Assembly: GCA_951406725.2 (NCBI GenBank)
Contig: OX597823.1
Coordinates: 99,014,001-99,078,000 of the forward strand
DNA length: 64,000 bases
Reading direction: 5' to 3'
Source of the DNA: Octopus vulgaris
Lineage: Eukaryota
Shown: positions 1 through 17,772 of the stretch, piece by piece
Layout: each line of letters opens with the position of its first letter
Numbering within the stretch: the first letter of the stretch is position 1
Position numbers and translations under genes: made by a program
Notes under the pieces: model-generated
What the model saw: the letters and a program-made list of their open reading frames with translations, nothing else
Databases searched by the model: none
Told to the model about the DNA's origin: nothing

Positions 1-48
1 CATGGAAAGCGGACGTTAAATGATGATGATGATGATGATGATGATGAT
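1..48 (+). mobile_element. RTE-clade LINE extreme 3' end with (GAT)n tail
   Basis: CATGGAAAGCGGACGTTAAA followed by (TGA)n, matching the terminus of the RTE copies at 3347, 11834, 22135 and 23662. Confidence 0.8.
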
Positions 49-243
49 ACATATACATATATATATACATATATATATACATATATATACATATATATAC
101 ATATACATATATATATATACATATATATATATACATATACATATATATATACATATACCTATATATATATACATATATATATATATACATATATATATAT
201 ACATATACATATACATATATATATACATATACATATATATATA

Positions 244-498
244 TAAATCTAATCGAAAAAGCTTAGGAGAGTGGGTGAATGAACATTGGAGACAACTCAA
301 GGAAGGTAAAATCTCATCGATTCTGTACCAACACGCCGAACAGGAACACGGGGGATGAATCAATAACATAGAGATTAAAATATTGTCCACACATAGAACA
401 GATGCAACAATTAGAACAGAAGCTACACATATAATAGAAAATAAACCTAGCCTGAATAGAAAACTAGAATGGAGCAATAGCACACACAACAACATATG
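244..498 (+). pseudogene. GIY-YIG endonuclease C-terminal fragment, probably from a Penelope-like element
   Basis: One frame across a single stop: [72 protein letters not shown]. This fits the GIY-YIG pattern R..EH / S.L..H....H / EA..I....PSLN. Confidence 0.65.
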
Positions 499-618
499 AC
501 GGTAGAGGATCCCGAAACCATAATAAATAAATACACAGATAAATAAACAAATAGAAATGAATAACTGTATATATGTATATATATATCTATGTATGTATAT
601 GTATGTGTATATATATAG

Positions 619-1553
619 AGATGCACAGGGACAATAGACACCACAAATACTCAGAAAACAGATTCCATCACACTCCAGGGGGAGAAACTAGAAGTAGTTG
701 ATAGTTTCCACTACCTGGGTGACCAAGTTAGTAGCGGAGGTGGATGCACAGAGAGTATCACCACTAGAATACGAATAGCCTGGGCAAATTTCAGAAAGAT
801 CCTACCCCTACTGGCAACAAAAGATCTCTCCCTTAGAGCGAAAGGTAGACTGTATGATGCATGTGTGCGAACTGCCATGCTTCACGGTAATGAAACATGG
901 GCTGTGACTGCAGAGGACATGCGTAGACTTGAAAGAAATGAAGCTAGCATGATCCGCTGGATGTGTAGTGTCAGTGTGCACGCAAGACAGAGTGTAAGCA
1001 TCCTGAGAGAAATGCTGGATATAAGAAGCATCAGATGTGGTGTGCAAGAGCGACGCTTGCGATGGTATGGTCATGTGCTGCGGATGGATGAAGAGAGATG
1101 TGTGAAGAAGTGCCACTCCCAAACAGTTGAAGGTATCAGGGGGAGAGGTAGACCCAGGAAGACATGGGATGAAGTAGTCAAGCATGACCTCAGAGCATTG
1201 GGCCTCACTGAGGCAATGGCGAAGGACCGAGATCTCTGGAGATATGCTGTGACTGCAAGACCCGGGCTGCTTTCTGCAGCAATTCCACATACCCCCTACC
1301 CATTCAAAGTACCCCGGATCCCCAAAGTACCCCGGACCCCGTTGCCCCTGTGCCGCTGGCACGTTAAAAGCTCGAACCGATCGTGACCGATGCCCCTGTG
1401 CAGGTGGCACGTAAAAAGCACCCAATCCACTCACGGAGTGGTTGGCGTTAGGAAGGGCATCCAGCCGTAGAAACTCTGCCAGATCAGACTGGAGCCTGGA
1501 GCGGCCCCTGGCTTCCCAGACCCCGGTCGAACCGTCCAACCCGTGATGATGAT
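619..1553 (+). mobile_element. RTE-clade LINE, 5'-truncated (RT C-terminus plus 3' UTR)
   Basis: Encodes ...[15 protein letters not shown]...AMLHGNETW...[11 protein letters not shown]...[10 protein letters not shown]; 3' UTR contains GGAAGGGCATCCAGC; short GAT tail. Confidence 0.9.
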
Positions 1554-1653
1554 ATGTATGTATATGTGTATATATATGTGTATATGTATATATATATATA
1601 TATATTATATATATATATTTTTTTTTTCCGATTAGATTTATTATTATTATATG

Positions 1654-1729
<76 letters not shown>

Positions 1730-1750
1730 CATATACATATATATATATAC

Positions 1751-1829
<79 letters not shown>

Positions 1830-1951
1830 CATATACATATATATATATACATATATATATATATACATATACATATATACATATACATATACATATGCAT
1901 ATATATATATACATATACATATATATACATATATATATACATATACATATA

Positions 1952-3242
1952 CGAGGGGCGTTCAATAAGTAATGCCCCTGACCCACTTCCCATAGCAGTA
2001 GAGCAACGAAACGTGGGACAGTTATTAGTCTTTTTGTACATAGGAACCATCCAGAGTTATGCATTTCTTCCATCGTTTGATGGAGCTCTGAAGACCCTTT
2101 TTGTAGAAGACCCCAGCTTGGTCCTCCAACCACGACGTGACTTCAGAAATCAAGGCTGCATCATCTGGGAAACGCTTTCCATTCAAAAACAACTTCATGG
2201 CTGGGAAGAGGTGAAAATCAGTGGTGCAAGGTCAGGGGAGTAGGGGAAATGGGGGATGTGTTCATAGCCACACGCCTGTGCTTCTGATCTGGCAACACGC
2301 GAGTTGTGAATCGGAGCGTTGTCCTGCAGGAGGAGGATGCCTTTGCTGATCTTGCCCCACCTCTTGATTTTGATAGCTTCTCTTAATTTCCTCAAAAGTG
2401 AAGCATAATAGGCTCCTGTAATTGTGGCACCCTTTGCCAGGAAATCTGTCATCACTACTCCGTCCTGGTCCCAGAAGACTGTGAGCATAACCTTGCCAGC
2501 GGAGGGCCGCACCCTTGCCTTCTTTGGAAGAGGTGAGTCACTGTGCTTCCACTGCATTGACTTGGCTTTGGTCTCTGGATCATAGTGATGGACCCAGGTT
2601 TCATCCTGTGTAATCAGTCTTTTGAAAAATTTTGACTCATCTTCTTGGCACATCTCAAAATTCATCCTCGAGCAATCGACACGTTCTTGCTTCTGAAAAG
2701 ATGTGAGCAACCTGGGAATCCATCTGGCAGAAACCTTTTGCATATGCAAATGGTCATGAATGATAGTTTCCACAGACCCGGTACTAATCTTGACCTCATG
2801 GGCTATTTGGCGAATAGTTATGCGTCGATTTTCCAAAATGGCAGCCTCAACTTGACAGACAGATGCCTCATCAATGGCAAAAGGGGGTGACCAGATCTGG
2901 GAGCTGTTTCCACAGAGTTCCGCCCATGTTTGAATTCACGATGCCAGCGTTTTACAAGGTCATATGATGGGGCATCATCACCATAAGTTACTTTCATTTC
3001 ATCAAAAGTCTCCCGTGGTGTGCGTCCTTTCAAATACAAAAACCGGATCACTGCTCGACACTCAACATGCTCCATTTCACACTTGACTCAGTTCAAACAC
3101 TTGTAAATAAGAAACTACAATTAGTTCAGAGCTATAATTTGCCACTTAATCTATAGAGATAAAAATAATTTTACATGCAAAATTTCAGCTAGATCAAACA
3201 AATGCAAGTGAGTCAGAGGCATTACTTATTGAACGCCCCTCG
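1952..3242 (-). mobile_element. Full-length mariner DNA transposon (1291 bp)
   Basis: TIRs CGAGGGGCGTTCAATAAGTAATGCC ... GGCATTACTTATTGAACGCCCCTCG, flanked by TA on both sides, inserted in a TA microsatellite. Confidence 0.95.
2025..3075 (-). pseudogene. Mariner transposase with two frameshifts
   Basis: HTH N-terminus (MEHVECRAVIRFLYLKG), WIPRLL, ITQDETW, LLQDNA and YSPDLAP motifs; third segment ends ...[16 protein letters not shown]. Confidence 0.9.
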
Positions 3243-3346
3243 TATATACATATATATATATACATATATATATACATATATATATACATATATATACATA
3301 TATATATACATATATATACATATATATATACATATATATACATATC

Positions 3347-5090
3347 CATCATCATCATCATCATCCTCATTTAACGTCCGCTTTCCATGCTAGCATGGGT
3401 TGGACGGTTCAACTGGAGTCTGGGGAGCCCAAAGGCTGCACCAGGCCAGTCAGATCTGGCAGTGTTTCTACAGCTGGATGCCCTTCCTAACGCCAACCAC
3501 TCCGAGAGTGTAGTGGGTGATTTTATGTGCCACACACAGGTCTTCACAAGTGTCATAAGAAGGAAGGTATGCACAGGTGGACTGACTACGTCGCCGGGTC
3601 TTCGGATGGTGTTTTTATGTGCCACCGACACAGGTGCCAGATGAGGCTGGCGAACGGCCACGATCGGATGGTGTTTGTTGTGCCCACAGCACGGAGGCCA
3701 GTCGATGCGGTACTGGCTACGGCCACGTTCGGATGGTTTTCTTGTGTGCCACCGATACTGGTACCACAAACATACAAATTCCATTGATGTTCATCTATTT
3801 TGATTTGGTTTGATTTTCACTTGCCTCAACAGGTCTTCACAAGTGTCACACACTTGCCTCAACAGGTCTCCACAAGTGTCACACACTTGCCTCTGCCTCA
3901 ACAGGTCTTCACAAAGTGTCACACACTTGCCTCTGCCTCAAAAGGTCTTCACAAGTGTCACACACTTGCCTCAACAGGTCTTCACAAGTGTCATAAGAGG
4001 GGAGGTATGCACAGGTGGACTGACTACGTCGCTGGGTCTTCGGATGGTGTTTTTATGTGCCACCGACACAGGTGCCAGATGAGGCTGGCGAACGGCCACG
4101 ATCGGATGGTGTTTGTTGCGCCCACAGCACGGAGGCCAGTCGATGCGGTACTGGCTACGGCCACGTTCGGGTGGTTTTCTTGTGTGCCACCGGCACTGGT
4201 ACCACAAGGATACAATTCCATTGATGTTCATCTATTTTGATTTGTTTTGATTTGATTTTCACTTGCCTCAACAGGTCTTCATAAGTGTCACAAGAAGGAA
4301 GGTATGCACAGGTGGACTGACTACGTCCCAGGTAGGGGCCACGGGTTATGGCCTGACTAGTCTTGGCGGGTCTTCGCACGCACAGCATACTTCCATAGGT
4401 CTCGGTCTCTAGACATTTCCTTAGTGAGACCTAAAGTTCGAAGGTCGTGCTTCACCACCTCGTCCCAGGTTTTCCTGGGTCTACCTCTTCCACAGGTTCC
4501 CTCAACTGCTAGGGTGTAGCACTTTTGCACACAACTATCTTCAACCTTTCTCGTCACATGACCATACCAGCGCAGCCGTCTCTCTTGCACACCACAACTG
4601 ACACTTCTTAGGTTCAACTTTTCTCTCAAGGAACTTACACTCTGACGATTATGAACACTGACATTACACATCCATCGGAGCATACTGGCTTCATTTCTTG
4701 CGAGCTTACGCATATCCTCAGCAGTCACGGCCCATGTTTCACTACCATGTAGCATGGCTGTACGTACACATGCATCATACAGTCTGTCTTTTACTCTGAG
4801 CGAGAGGCCTTTTGTCACCAGCAGGGGTAAGAACTCTCTAAACTTTGCCCAGGCTATTCTTACTCTAGCAGTTACACTTTCAGCACACCCACCCCCGCTA
4901 CTGACTTGGTCTCCTAGGTAGCGGAAGCTATCAACTACTTCTAGTTTGTCTCCCTGGAACGTGGCAGAAGTTGGTCTCTGCACATTTCCAGTGTTTATTG
5001 CTCCTGAGCATTTGCCACAGACAAAAACTATTTTCCTAGTTAGCCTTCCTTTGACATTGCTGCACCTCTTATGTGTCCATAGCTTACACT
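3347..5090 (-). mobile_element. RTE-clade LINE, 5'-truncated, 3' UTR duplicated
   Basis: RT C-terminal coding 5090->4357 ([10 protein letters not shown]...FRYLGDQ...HGSETW...KTRQD*); two copies of the UTR unit plus short internal repeats; (GAT)n tail at 3347-3370. Confidence 0.92.
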
Positions 5091-6109
<1,019 letters not shown>

Positions 6110-7174
6110 TGATTTGATTTCATTTGATTTGATTTTTCCAGTTTCAGCTAATGAGCTGTGGCCATGCTGGGGCACCGCCATTTGGTTTGCTACACGATTT
6201 TACCTCACGGATGCTTTTTAGCAAAGCCATCTGATGCATGAGAGAGTTCGATGCAGCTGCCCTCATCTGCACCTCCTGCCGTGAAGTTGGTTCATCCGGG
6301 ACACCTGACAGGAAGAGATCCAGTCCTACTTTAAAGACATCCGCATCTACACCATGCAGGTCCCTCAGGTTCTTCGGGAGGATATTGAAGAGCCGTGGGC
6401 CTCTGAAGCCCAGGCTATCACAATATCTTGTCCTACATCTTGATGGCAAATTTGGAGTCCTTGGTACTACGCAGTGGCGTCCGGTTCTGGCATTTGTGTG
6501 ACTCTCGATGCCAAAGTCTGGGACAAAACCTTCCAGGATCTTCCAGATATATATTATGACATATCTTTCTCACCTACGCTCCAGGGAATAGAGCTTTAAT
6601 CTCTTGAGTCTTTCCCAGTAGCTTATATGCTGCACAGAGGCTATCTTCTTCGTGTAGCTTCGTTGGATCGCCTCAAGTTCTGTGATCAACTTGACACTGG
6701 ATGGTGACCATAGCTGAGAGCAATAGTCAAAGTGGCTTAGGACAAGTGTCTTCCAGAGGACAATCATGGTTTCTTGTTCTCTTGTTCTAAAGGTTCTAAG
6801 AATCCATCCAGCCAGCCGTCTACATTTCATTGTCAGTTTAGCAACATGTACATGAAAGGTCGCGTCATCACTCATGTGAATACCCAGGTCACGCACTGAT
6901 TGTGCCTCCGGGATTGCAATCCCTCCGGGTCCAGTGTATTCATTGGGTATTGCATTCAGTTTTGCATGCTGATAGTGTAAAGCTTGAAACTTTTCAGCAT
7001 TGAACTGCATGCTATTCTTTTCAGCCCACTTGTATATTTCGTCCAGCTCACATTGCAGGTGCTTAGTGTCTTCAGGGTTCTGTATTGCCTGTGAAACTTT
7101 TGTATCATCTGCATAACTTGTGATCGTGGTCTGAGAGGGCCATTATGAACAGTAGTGGTCCAAAAACAGTGCCC
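6110..7174 (-). mobile_element. CR1-group LINE, subfamily A, 5'-truncated
   Basis: RT C-terminus (MQFNAEKF...VRDLG...DYCSQLWSP...[16 protein letters not shown]); 3' end GGTGCCCCAGCATGGCCACAGCTCATTAGCTGAAAC plus (ATCAAA)n-like tail; small deletion near 7130. Confidence 0.9.
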
Positions 7175-7440
7175 ATATACATATATATATACATATATAT
7201 ATATACATATATATACATATATACATATATATACATATATATATATATACATATACATATATATATACATATACATATATATATACATATACATATATAT
7301 ATACATATACATATATATATACATATATATATACATATACATATATATATACATATACATATATATATACATATACGTATATATATATACATATACATAT
7401 ATATATACATATACATATATATATACATATACATATATAT

Positions 7441-7626
7441 ATAACGGGAAGCTTTATGAAAATAAACAAAAGACGAAGGCAGGTGGAAAACAAACGAACA
7501 ATTGTATTAGTATGGCGCTCAGGAAATATAAATAAAACAAGTCTTTAACGTTTCGAGCCTACGCTCTTCAACAGAAAGATACACAGAGAGAAAAAAACAC
7601 AGAAAGAAGGAGAGAAAAAAAATGCG
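7441..7626 (-). mobile_element. Penelope-like element terminal fragment with minimal hammerhead-like motif
   Basis: Minus strand 7579->7542: TCTTT-CTGTTGA-A-GAGC-GTAG-GCTC-GAAA-CGTT-AAAGA (stem I, variant core, stem II, palindromic stem III). Confidence 0.55.
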
Positions 7627-7725
7627 ATACATACATATATATATATACATACATATATATATACATACATACAATATATACATACATATATATATACATA
7701 TATATATACATATATATATGTATAT

Positions 7726-7762
<37 letters not shown>

Positions 7763-7890
7763 CATACACATATATATATATATATATACATATATACATA
7801 CATATATATATATATACATATATATATACATACATATATATATATACATATATATATATATACATATATACATACATATATATATATATA

Positions 7891-7921
<31 letters not shown>

Positions 7922-8015
7922 CATACATATATATATATACATATATACATACATATATATATATATACATACATATATATATATATACATATATACATAC
8001 ATATATATATATTAT

Positions 8016-8073
<58 letters not shown>

Positions 8074-8074
8074 C

Positions 8075-8105
<31 letters not shown>

Positions 8106-8134
8106 CATATATATATACATATATATATATATAC

Positions 8135-8185
<51 letters not shown>

Positions 8186-8198
8186 CATATATATATAC

Positions 8199-8281
<83 letters not shown>

Positions 8282-8310
8282 TATATATGTATATATATAT
8301 GTATATATAC

Positions 8311-8381
<71 letters not shown>

Positions 8382-8382
<1 letters not shown>

Positions 8383-11300
8383 GATTTTGATTTTGATTTT
8401 GATTTTTCCAGTTTCAGCTAATGAGCTGTGGCCATGCTGGGGCACCGCCATTTGGTTTGTTACACGGGTTTACCTCACGGATGCTTTTTAGCAAACACCA
8501 TCTGATGCACGAGAGAGTTCGATGCAGCTGCCCTCATCTGCACCTCCTGCCGTGAAGTTGGTTCATCCGGGACACCTGACAGGAAGAGATCCAGTCCTAC
8601 TTTAAAGACATCCGCATCTACACCATGCAGGTCCCTCAGGTTCTTCGGGAGGACATTGAAGAGCCGTGGGCCTCTGAAGGCCAGGCTATCACAATATCTT
8701 GTCCTACATCTTGATGGCAAATTTGGAGTCCTTGGTACTACGCAGCGGCGTCCGGTTCTGGCGTTTGTGTGACTCTCGATGCCAAAGTCTGGGACAAGAC
8801 CTTCCAGGATCTTCCAGATATATATTATGGCATATCTTTCTCACCTACGCTCCAGGGAATAGAGCTTTAATCTCTTGAGTCTCTCCCAGTAGCTCGTATG
8901 CTGCACAGAGGCTATCTTCTTCGTGTAGCTTCGTTGGATCGCCTCAAGTTCTGTGATCAACTTGACACTGGATGGTGACCATAGCTGGGAGCAATAGTCA
9001 AAGTGGCTTAGGACAAGTGTCTTCCAGAGGACCATCATGGTTTCTTGTTCTCTTGTTCTAAAGGTTCTAAGAATCCAGCCAGCCAGCCGTCTGCATTTCA
9101 TTGTCAGTTTAGCAACATGTACATGAAAGGTCGCGTCATCACTCATGTGAATACCCAGGTCACGCACTGATTGTGCCTCTGGGATTGCAATCCCTCCGGG
9201 TCCAGTGTATTCATTGGGTATTGCATTCAGTTTTGCATGCTGATAGTATAAAGCTTGAAACTTTTCAGCATTGAACTGCATGCTATTCTTTTCAGCCCAC
9301 TTGTATATTTCATCCAGCTCACATTGCAGGTGCTTAGTGTCTTCAGGGTTCTGTATTGCCTGTGAAACTTTTGTATCATCTGCATAACTTGTGATCGTGG
9401 CTCTCTGCGTGGCTGAGGGCATGTCTGAGAGGGCCATTATGAACAGCAGTGGTCCCAAAACAGTGCCCTGTGGAACACCGCTCACTATTTGCGTGCTAAT
9501 GGAAGTGGCCCCATTGGCTGCTACCACCTGACTTCTATTCTTCAGAAAGTCATGAAGCCATTCTCCTAGTTTTCCAACTATGCCAAGATCACGCAGTTTG
9601 TGACATATCATTCCATGATCGACTTTATCAAAGGCCTTTGCGAAGTCGAGATATATGACTTCCACATTTGAGTGGTTGAGCAGTTGTTTCAGCACCCAGT
9701 CATAGTGCTGCAGGAGCTGAGTTAAGCAGCTTCTTCCTGGTCGGAAACCATGTTGGGTGTCAGGCAGCAAGTCATTTTCTTCAAGGAAGGTGATTAGTTT
9801 CCTTCTGACTATTCGTTCCATGACCTTGCTGATGTGTGAGGTCAGAGAGATAGGTCTGTTGTTCTTGGCCTCCACTCTGCTACCTCCTTTATGAATAGGG
9901 CATATTTTACATTCCTTCAGTTTTCTCGGAAGTTTGCCAGCTGCAAGGAAGCTCTGAAAGAGGAACTGCAGTGGTCTTGCTAGGACTCTCTTACATACTT
10001 TTAAAAGGATTGCCGGGAATCCAGCGGGGCCAATAGCTGAGTCTGTTTTCATTTCATCTATAGCCTTTATTACATCGTCTTCCTTTATATCGATGTAATT
10101 TATCGTCGCCGCCTCTGATTCTATATCTGCAGTGGTAAAGAAGTCAGTTGGATTGGTGATTTAGAAATGCCCAAGGGGTGGAGTGAAAACACTCTTGAAT
10201 AGTTCATTCAGTATTTCACTTACCCTCATTGGTTTTCCTGTGAGTGTGCCATCCTTTTCAAGGAGTGGCCCTATCCTACAGTGCACCGTAGCTGTTTCTT
10301 TGGCATACCTGTAGAAAGCTCTGGGGTTAGTTTTTATGTTGTCTATAGCCCAGGCTTCTTTGTCTGCTCTTTCCTTCTCATGGGAGAGTTGCAGACAATT
10401 TTCAATTTCCAACAGTTTTATTTTCAGGCGGGACTTTTCACTGCTTTCAATTTGTTTGTTTAGGCGATTTGAAACTTTTGTACGCCGTCTCATTAAAATT
10501 TTCCTCTCTCTGGGGATTTTGTTCTTGTGTACAGTGGCCTTTCTCTCTGGGACACATTTGTAGCATATGGCTTGCATTACAGACATGAATTGTTGAAGTA
10601 TCATGTCGATGTCCGGCGAGGAGAGACATTCAGGCCAGTTTTGTTTGAGGATCTCTTTCTCAATTTGTTTCCAGTTTGCCTTATTGAAGTTCAAGCTGGA
10701 AAGATTCTGAAGGTTTCTTGTAGGCTGCATGTCCGTGCTCTCTTTTGGCCCGTACATGGTCAGCTCTACCATGTTGTGATCCGAGAGTAGTGTCGGTGTC
10801 ACTTTCACATTATGGATGAGATCCATATTATTTGTGAAGCAGAGATCCAATGTGTTACCTGCTCTGGTTGGTTGGAGTATTACTTGCTCCATGTACAGGG
10901 TGTTGATGAGGTTCAGGAGGGACCTCGCCTATCCTCGTTCACATCTTGTCATTCCTGGGAGAGAAAGGCCCTCGGGCTATCTGACATTGGGTAGATTGAA
11001 GTCTCCCATGAGAAGTACACTTATGTGTTGTTCTAATGTGATTAGGACTTCTTCTATTTTTAAAAGGCAGTCCTCAAACTTGCCCATATGACTTGGGGCA
11101 TCTGGAGGGCGATATGTAGCACACACAACTACATCAAGTTGCCTTATGTGTACAATTAGTGTGTCACACACCGAGTTTGAGTATGACAAAAGGACCTGGG
11201 GTGTGAGGTCCCCACGTATGTACATAGCAACTCCTCCAAAACTCCTTTCTTTCCTGTCGGTCCGTAGTACAACATACTGTGGTATGTGTAATTCCGCATC

Positions 11301-11440
11301 TGCTAAGTCCGGTTTCAGATGCGTTTCTGTGAGTGCTATGCATAAGGCTTGATTGCATGTGACAAAGTCTCTCAGGAACGGGACTTTTGTCCTGTTACTG
11401 TGTGTTAGTAGTCCTCTGATGTTCAGTAGGAGCATCGAGG
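8382..11440 (-). mobile_element. CR1-group LINE, subfamily A; near-complete ORF2 (APE + RT) with stops/frameshifts
   Basis: APE motifs ([30 protein letters not shown]); RT motifs ([45 protein letters not shown]); (ATCAAA)n tail. Confidence 0.93.
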
Positions 11441-11490
11441 ATACATATACATATGTATACATATACATATATATATACATATATATATAC

Positions 11491-11827
<337 letters not shown>

Positions 11828-11833
11828 TATATG

Positions 11834-15264
<3,431 letters not shown>

Positions 15265-15288
15265 TACATATATATATACATATATATA

Positions 15289-15354
<66 letters not shown>

Positions 15355-15370
15355 TATCATATATAAATAC

Positions 15371-15419
<49 letters not shown>

Positions 15420-15451
15420 CATATATACATATATATATATACATATATATA

Positions 15452-15483
<32 letters not shown>

Positions 15484-15560
15484 CATATACATATACATAT
15501 ATATATATATATACATATATATATACATATATATATATATATACATATATATATACATAT

Positions 15561-17490
15561 CATCATCATCATCATCGTCGTTTAACGTCCGTTCTCCATG
15601 CTAGCATGGGTTGGACGGTTCGACCGGGGTTCTGGGAAGCCAGAAGGCTGCAACAGGCTCCAGTCTAAATTTGGCAATGTTTCTACAGCTGGATGCCCTT
15701 CCTAACGCCAACCACTCCGTGAGTGTAGTGGGTGCTTTTTACGTGCCACCTGCACAGGTGCCAGGCGGGGCTGGCAACGGCCACGGTCAGATTGGTGTAT
15801 TTTATGTGCCACAGGCACATAAAATACACCAAGCCAGTCGAGGCGGTGCTGGCATCGGCCACGAGTCGGATAGTGCTTTTTACGTACCACCAGACCAGGG
15901 ATCCTGGCTGGTTCAATTCGATTTCGATTTCGCTTGCCCCAACATGTCTTCACAAGCAAAGGGGGTTGGCAAGGGTGCCTGTCGTACGGTCGCATTGGAG
16001 TATTTTACGTGCCACGGCCACGAGTCGGATAGTGCTTTTTACGTACCATCAGACCAGGGATCCTGGCTGGTTCAATTCGATTTCGATTTCGCTTGCCCCA
16101 ACATGTCTTCACAAGCAAAGGGGGTTGGCATGGGTGCCTGTCGTACGGTCGCATTGGAGTATTTTACGTGCCACGGCCACGAGTCGGATAGTGCTTTTTA
16201 CGTACCACCAGGCCAGGGATCCTGGCTGGTTCAATTCAGTTTCGATTTCGATTTCGCTTGCCCCAACATGTCTTCGCAAGCATGGGGGGTTGGCATGGGT
16301 GTCTGTCGTCGGATGAGGTTCTATATCGACTTCGCTTGCCTCAACCGGTCTTTGTGTCCAAGGGAGGAAAGGCATTCATAAGTGGGCTGGGCTCACTTGT
16401 CCTGCCTGGTCTTCTCACGTACAGAATATTTCCAAAGATCTCGGTCTCTGGTCATTTCCTCAGTGAGGCCTAAAGTTCGAAGGTCGTGCTTCACCACCTC
16501 GTCCCAGGTTTTCCTGGGTCTACCTCTTCCACGGGTTCCCTCAACTGCTAGGGATTGGCACTTTCTCACACACCTATCTTCATCCATTCTCGCCACATGA
16601 CCATACCAGCGCAATCGTCTCTCTTGCACACCACAACTGATGCTTCTTAGGTACAACATTTCTCTCAAGGTGCTAACGCTCTGTCGAGTATGTACACTGA
16701 CATTACACATCCATCGGAGCATACTGGCTTCATTCCTCACGAGCTTACGCATGTCCTCAGCAGTCACGGCCCATGTTTCGCTGCCATGTAGCATGGCTGT
16801 TCGTACACACGCATCATACAGTCTGCCTTTTACTCTGAGCGAGAGGCCTTTAGTCACCAGCAGAGGTAAGAGCTCCCTAAACTTTGCCCAGGCTATTCTT
16901 ATTCTAGCAGTTACACTTTCAGCGCACCCACCCCCACTACTGACTTGGTCACCTAGATAACGGAAGCTATCAACTACTTCTAGTTTTTCCCCCTGGAAAG
17001 TGACGGAAGTTGTTTTCTGCAGATTTTCGGAGGTTAATGCTCCCGAGCATCTGCCACATACAAAAACTATCTTCCCAGTTAGCCTACCTTTGACATTGCT
17101 GCACCTCTTATGTGTCCATAGCTTACACTGGGTACATCTTATAGAGTTTCTACCTACACCTTTTCTACAGATCGAGCAGGGCCATCTTCCTGAAGATATT
17201 TGTGGATTGTCTACCTTTCTACTTATTAGTACTTTGGTTTTAGCTAGGTTGACTCTAAGGCCCCTTGATTCTAAACCCTCCTTCCACACCTGGAACTTCT
17301 CCTCCAGTTCTGATAGTGACTCAGCAATAAGAGCAAGGTCGTCAGCGTAGAGGAGCTCCCAGGGACAGCCTGTCTTGAATTCCTCCGTAATTGCCTGGAG
17401 TACTATGATAAATAGGAGGGGGCTGAGTACTGAACCCTGGTGGACCCCAACCTCTACTTTGAATTCTTCTGTGTACATGTTGCCAACCCT
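15561..17490 (-). mobile_element. RTE-clade LINE (different subfamily), 5'-truncated inside RT
   Basis: Open frame 17490->16393: [14 protein letters not shown]...LLYADDLAL...[29 protein letters not shown]...KTRQDK*; 3' UTR with about 3 copies of a ~170-bp unit. Confidence 0.93.
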
Positions 17491-17525
17491 ATATATATAT
17501 ATATGCATATATATATGTGTATATA

Positions 17526-17567
<42 letters not shown>

Positions 17568-17588
17568 TATATACACATATATATATGC

Positions 17589-17619
<31 letters not shown>

Positions 17620-17700
17620 CATATATATATATACATATATATATATACATATATATGTATATATGTATATATATACATATATATGTATATATATATATAT

Positions 17701-17767
<67 letters not shown>

Positions 17768-17772
17768 TATAT

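Noticed and set aside
1621-1642. Short inverted match (TAAATCTAATCG-AAAAA) to 244-260
   Set aside because: Only ~17 AT-rich bases; too short to call a TIR or a Penelope-type inverted terminus.
15611-16381. 256-aa plus-strand ORF with internal repeats
   Set aside because: Antisense to a tandemly repeated RTE 3' UTR; no ATG start or recognisable domain.
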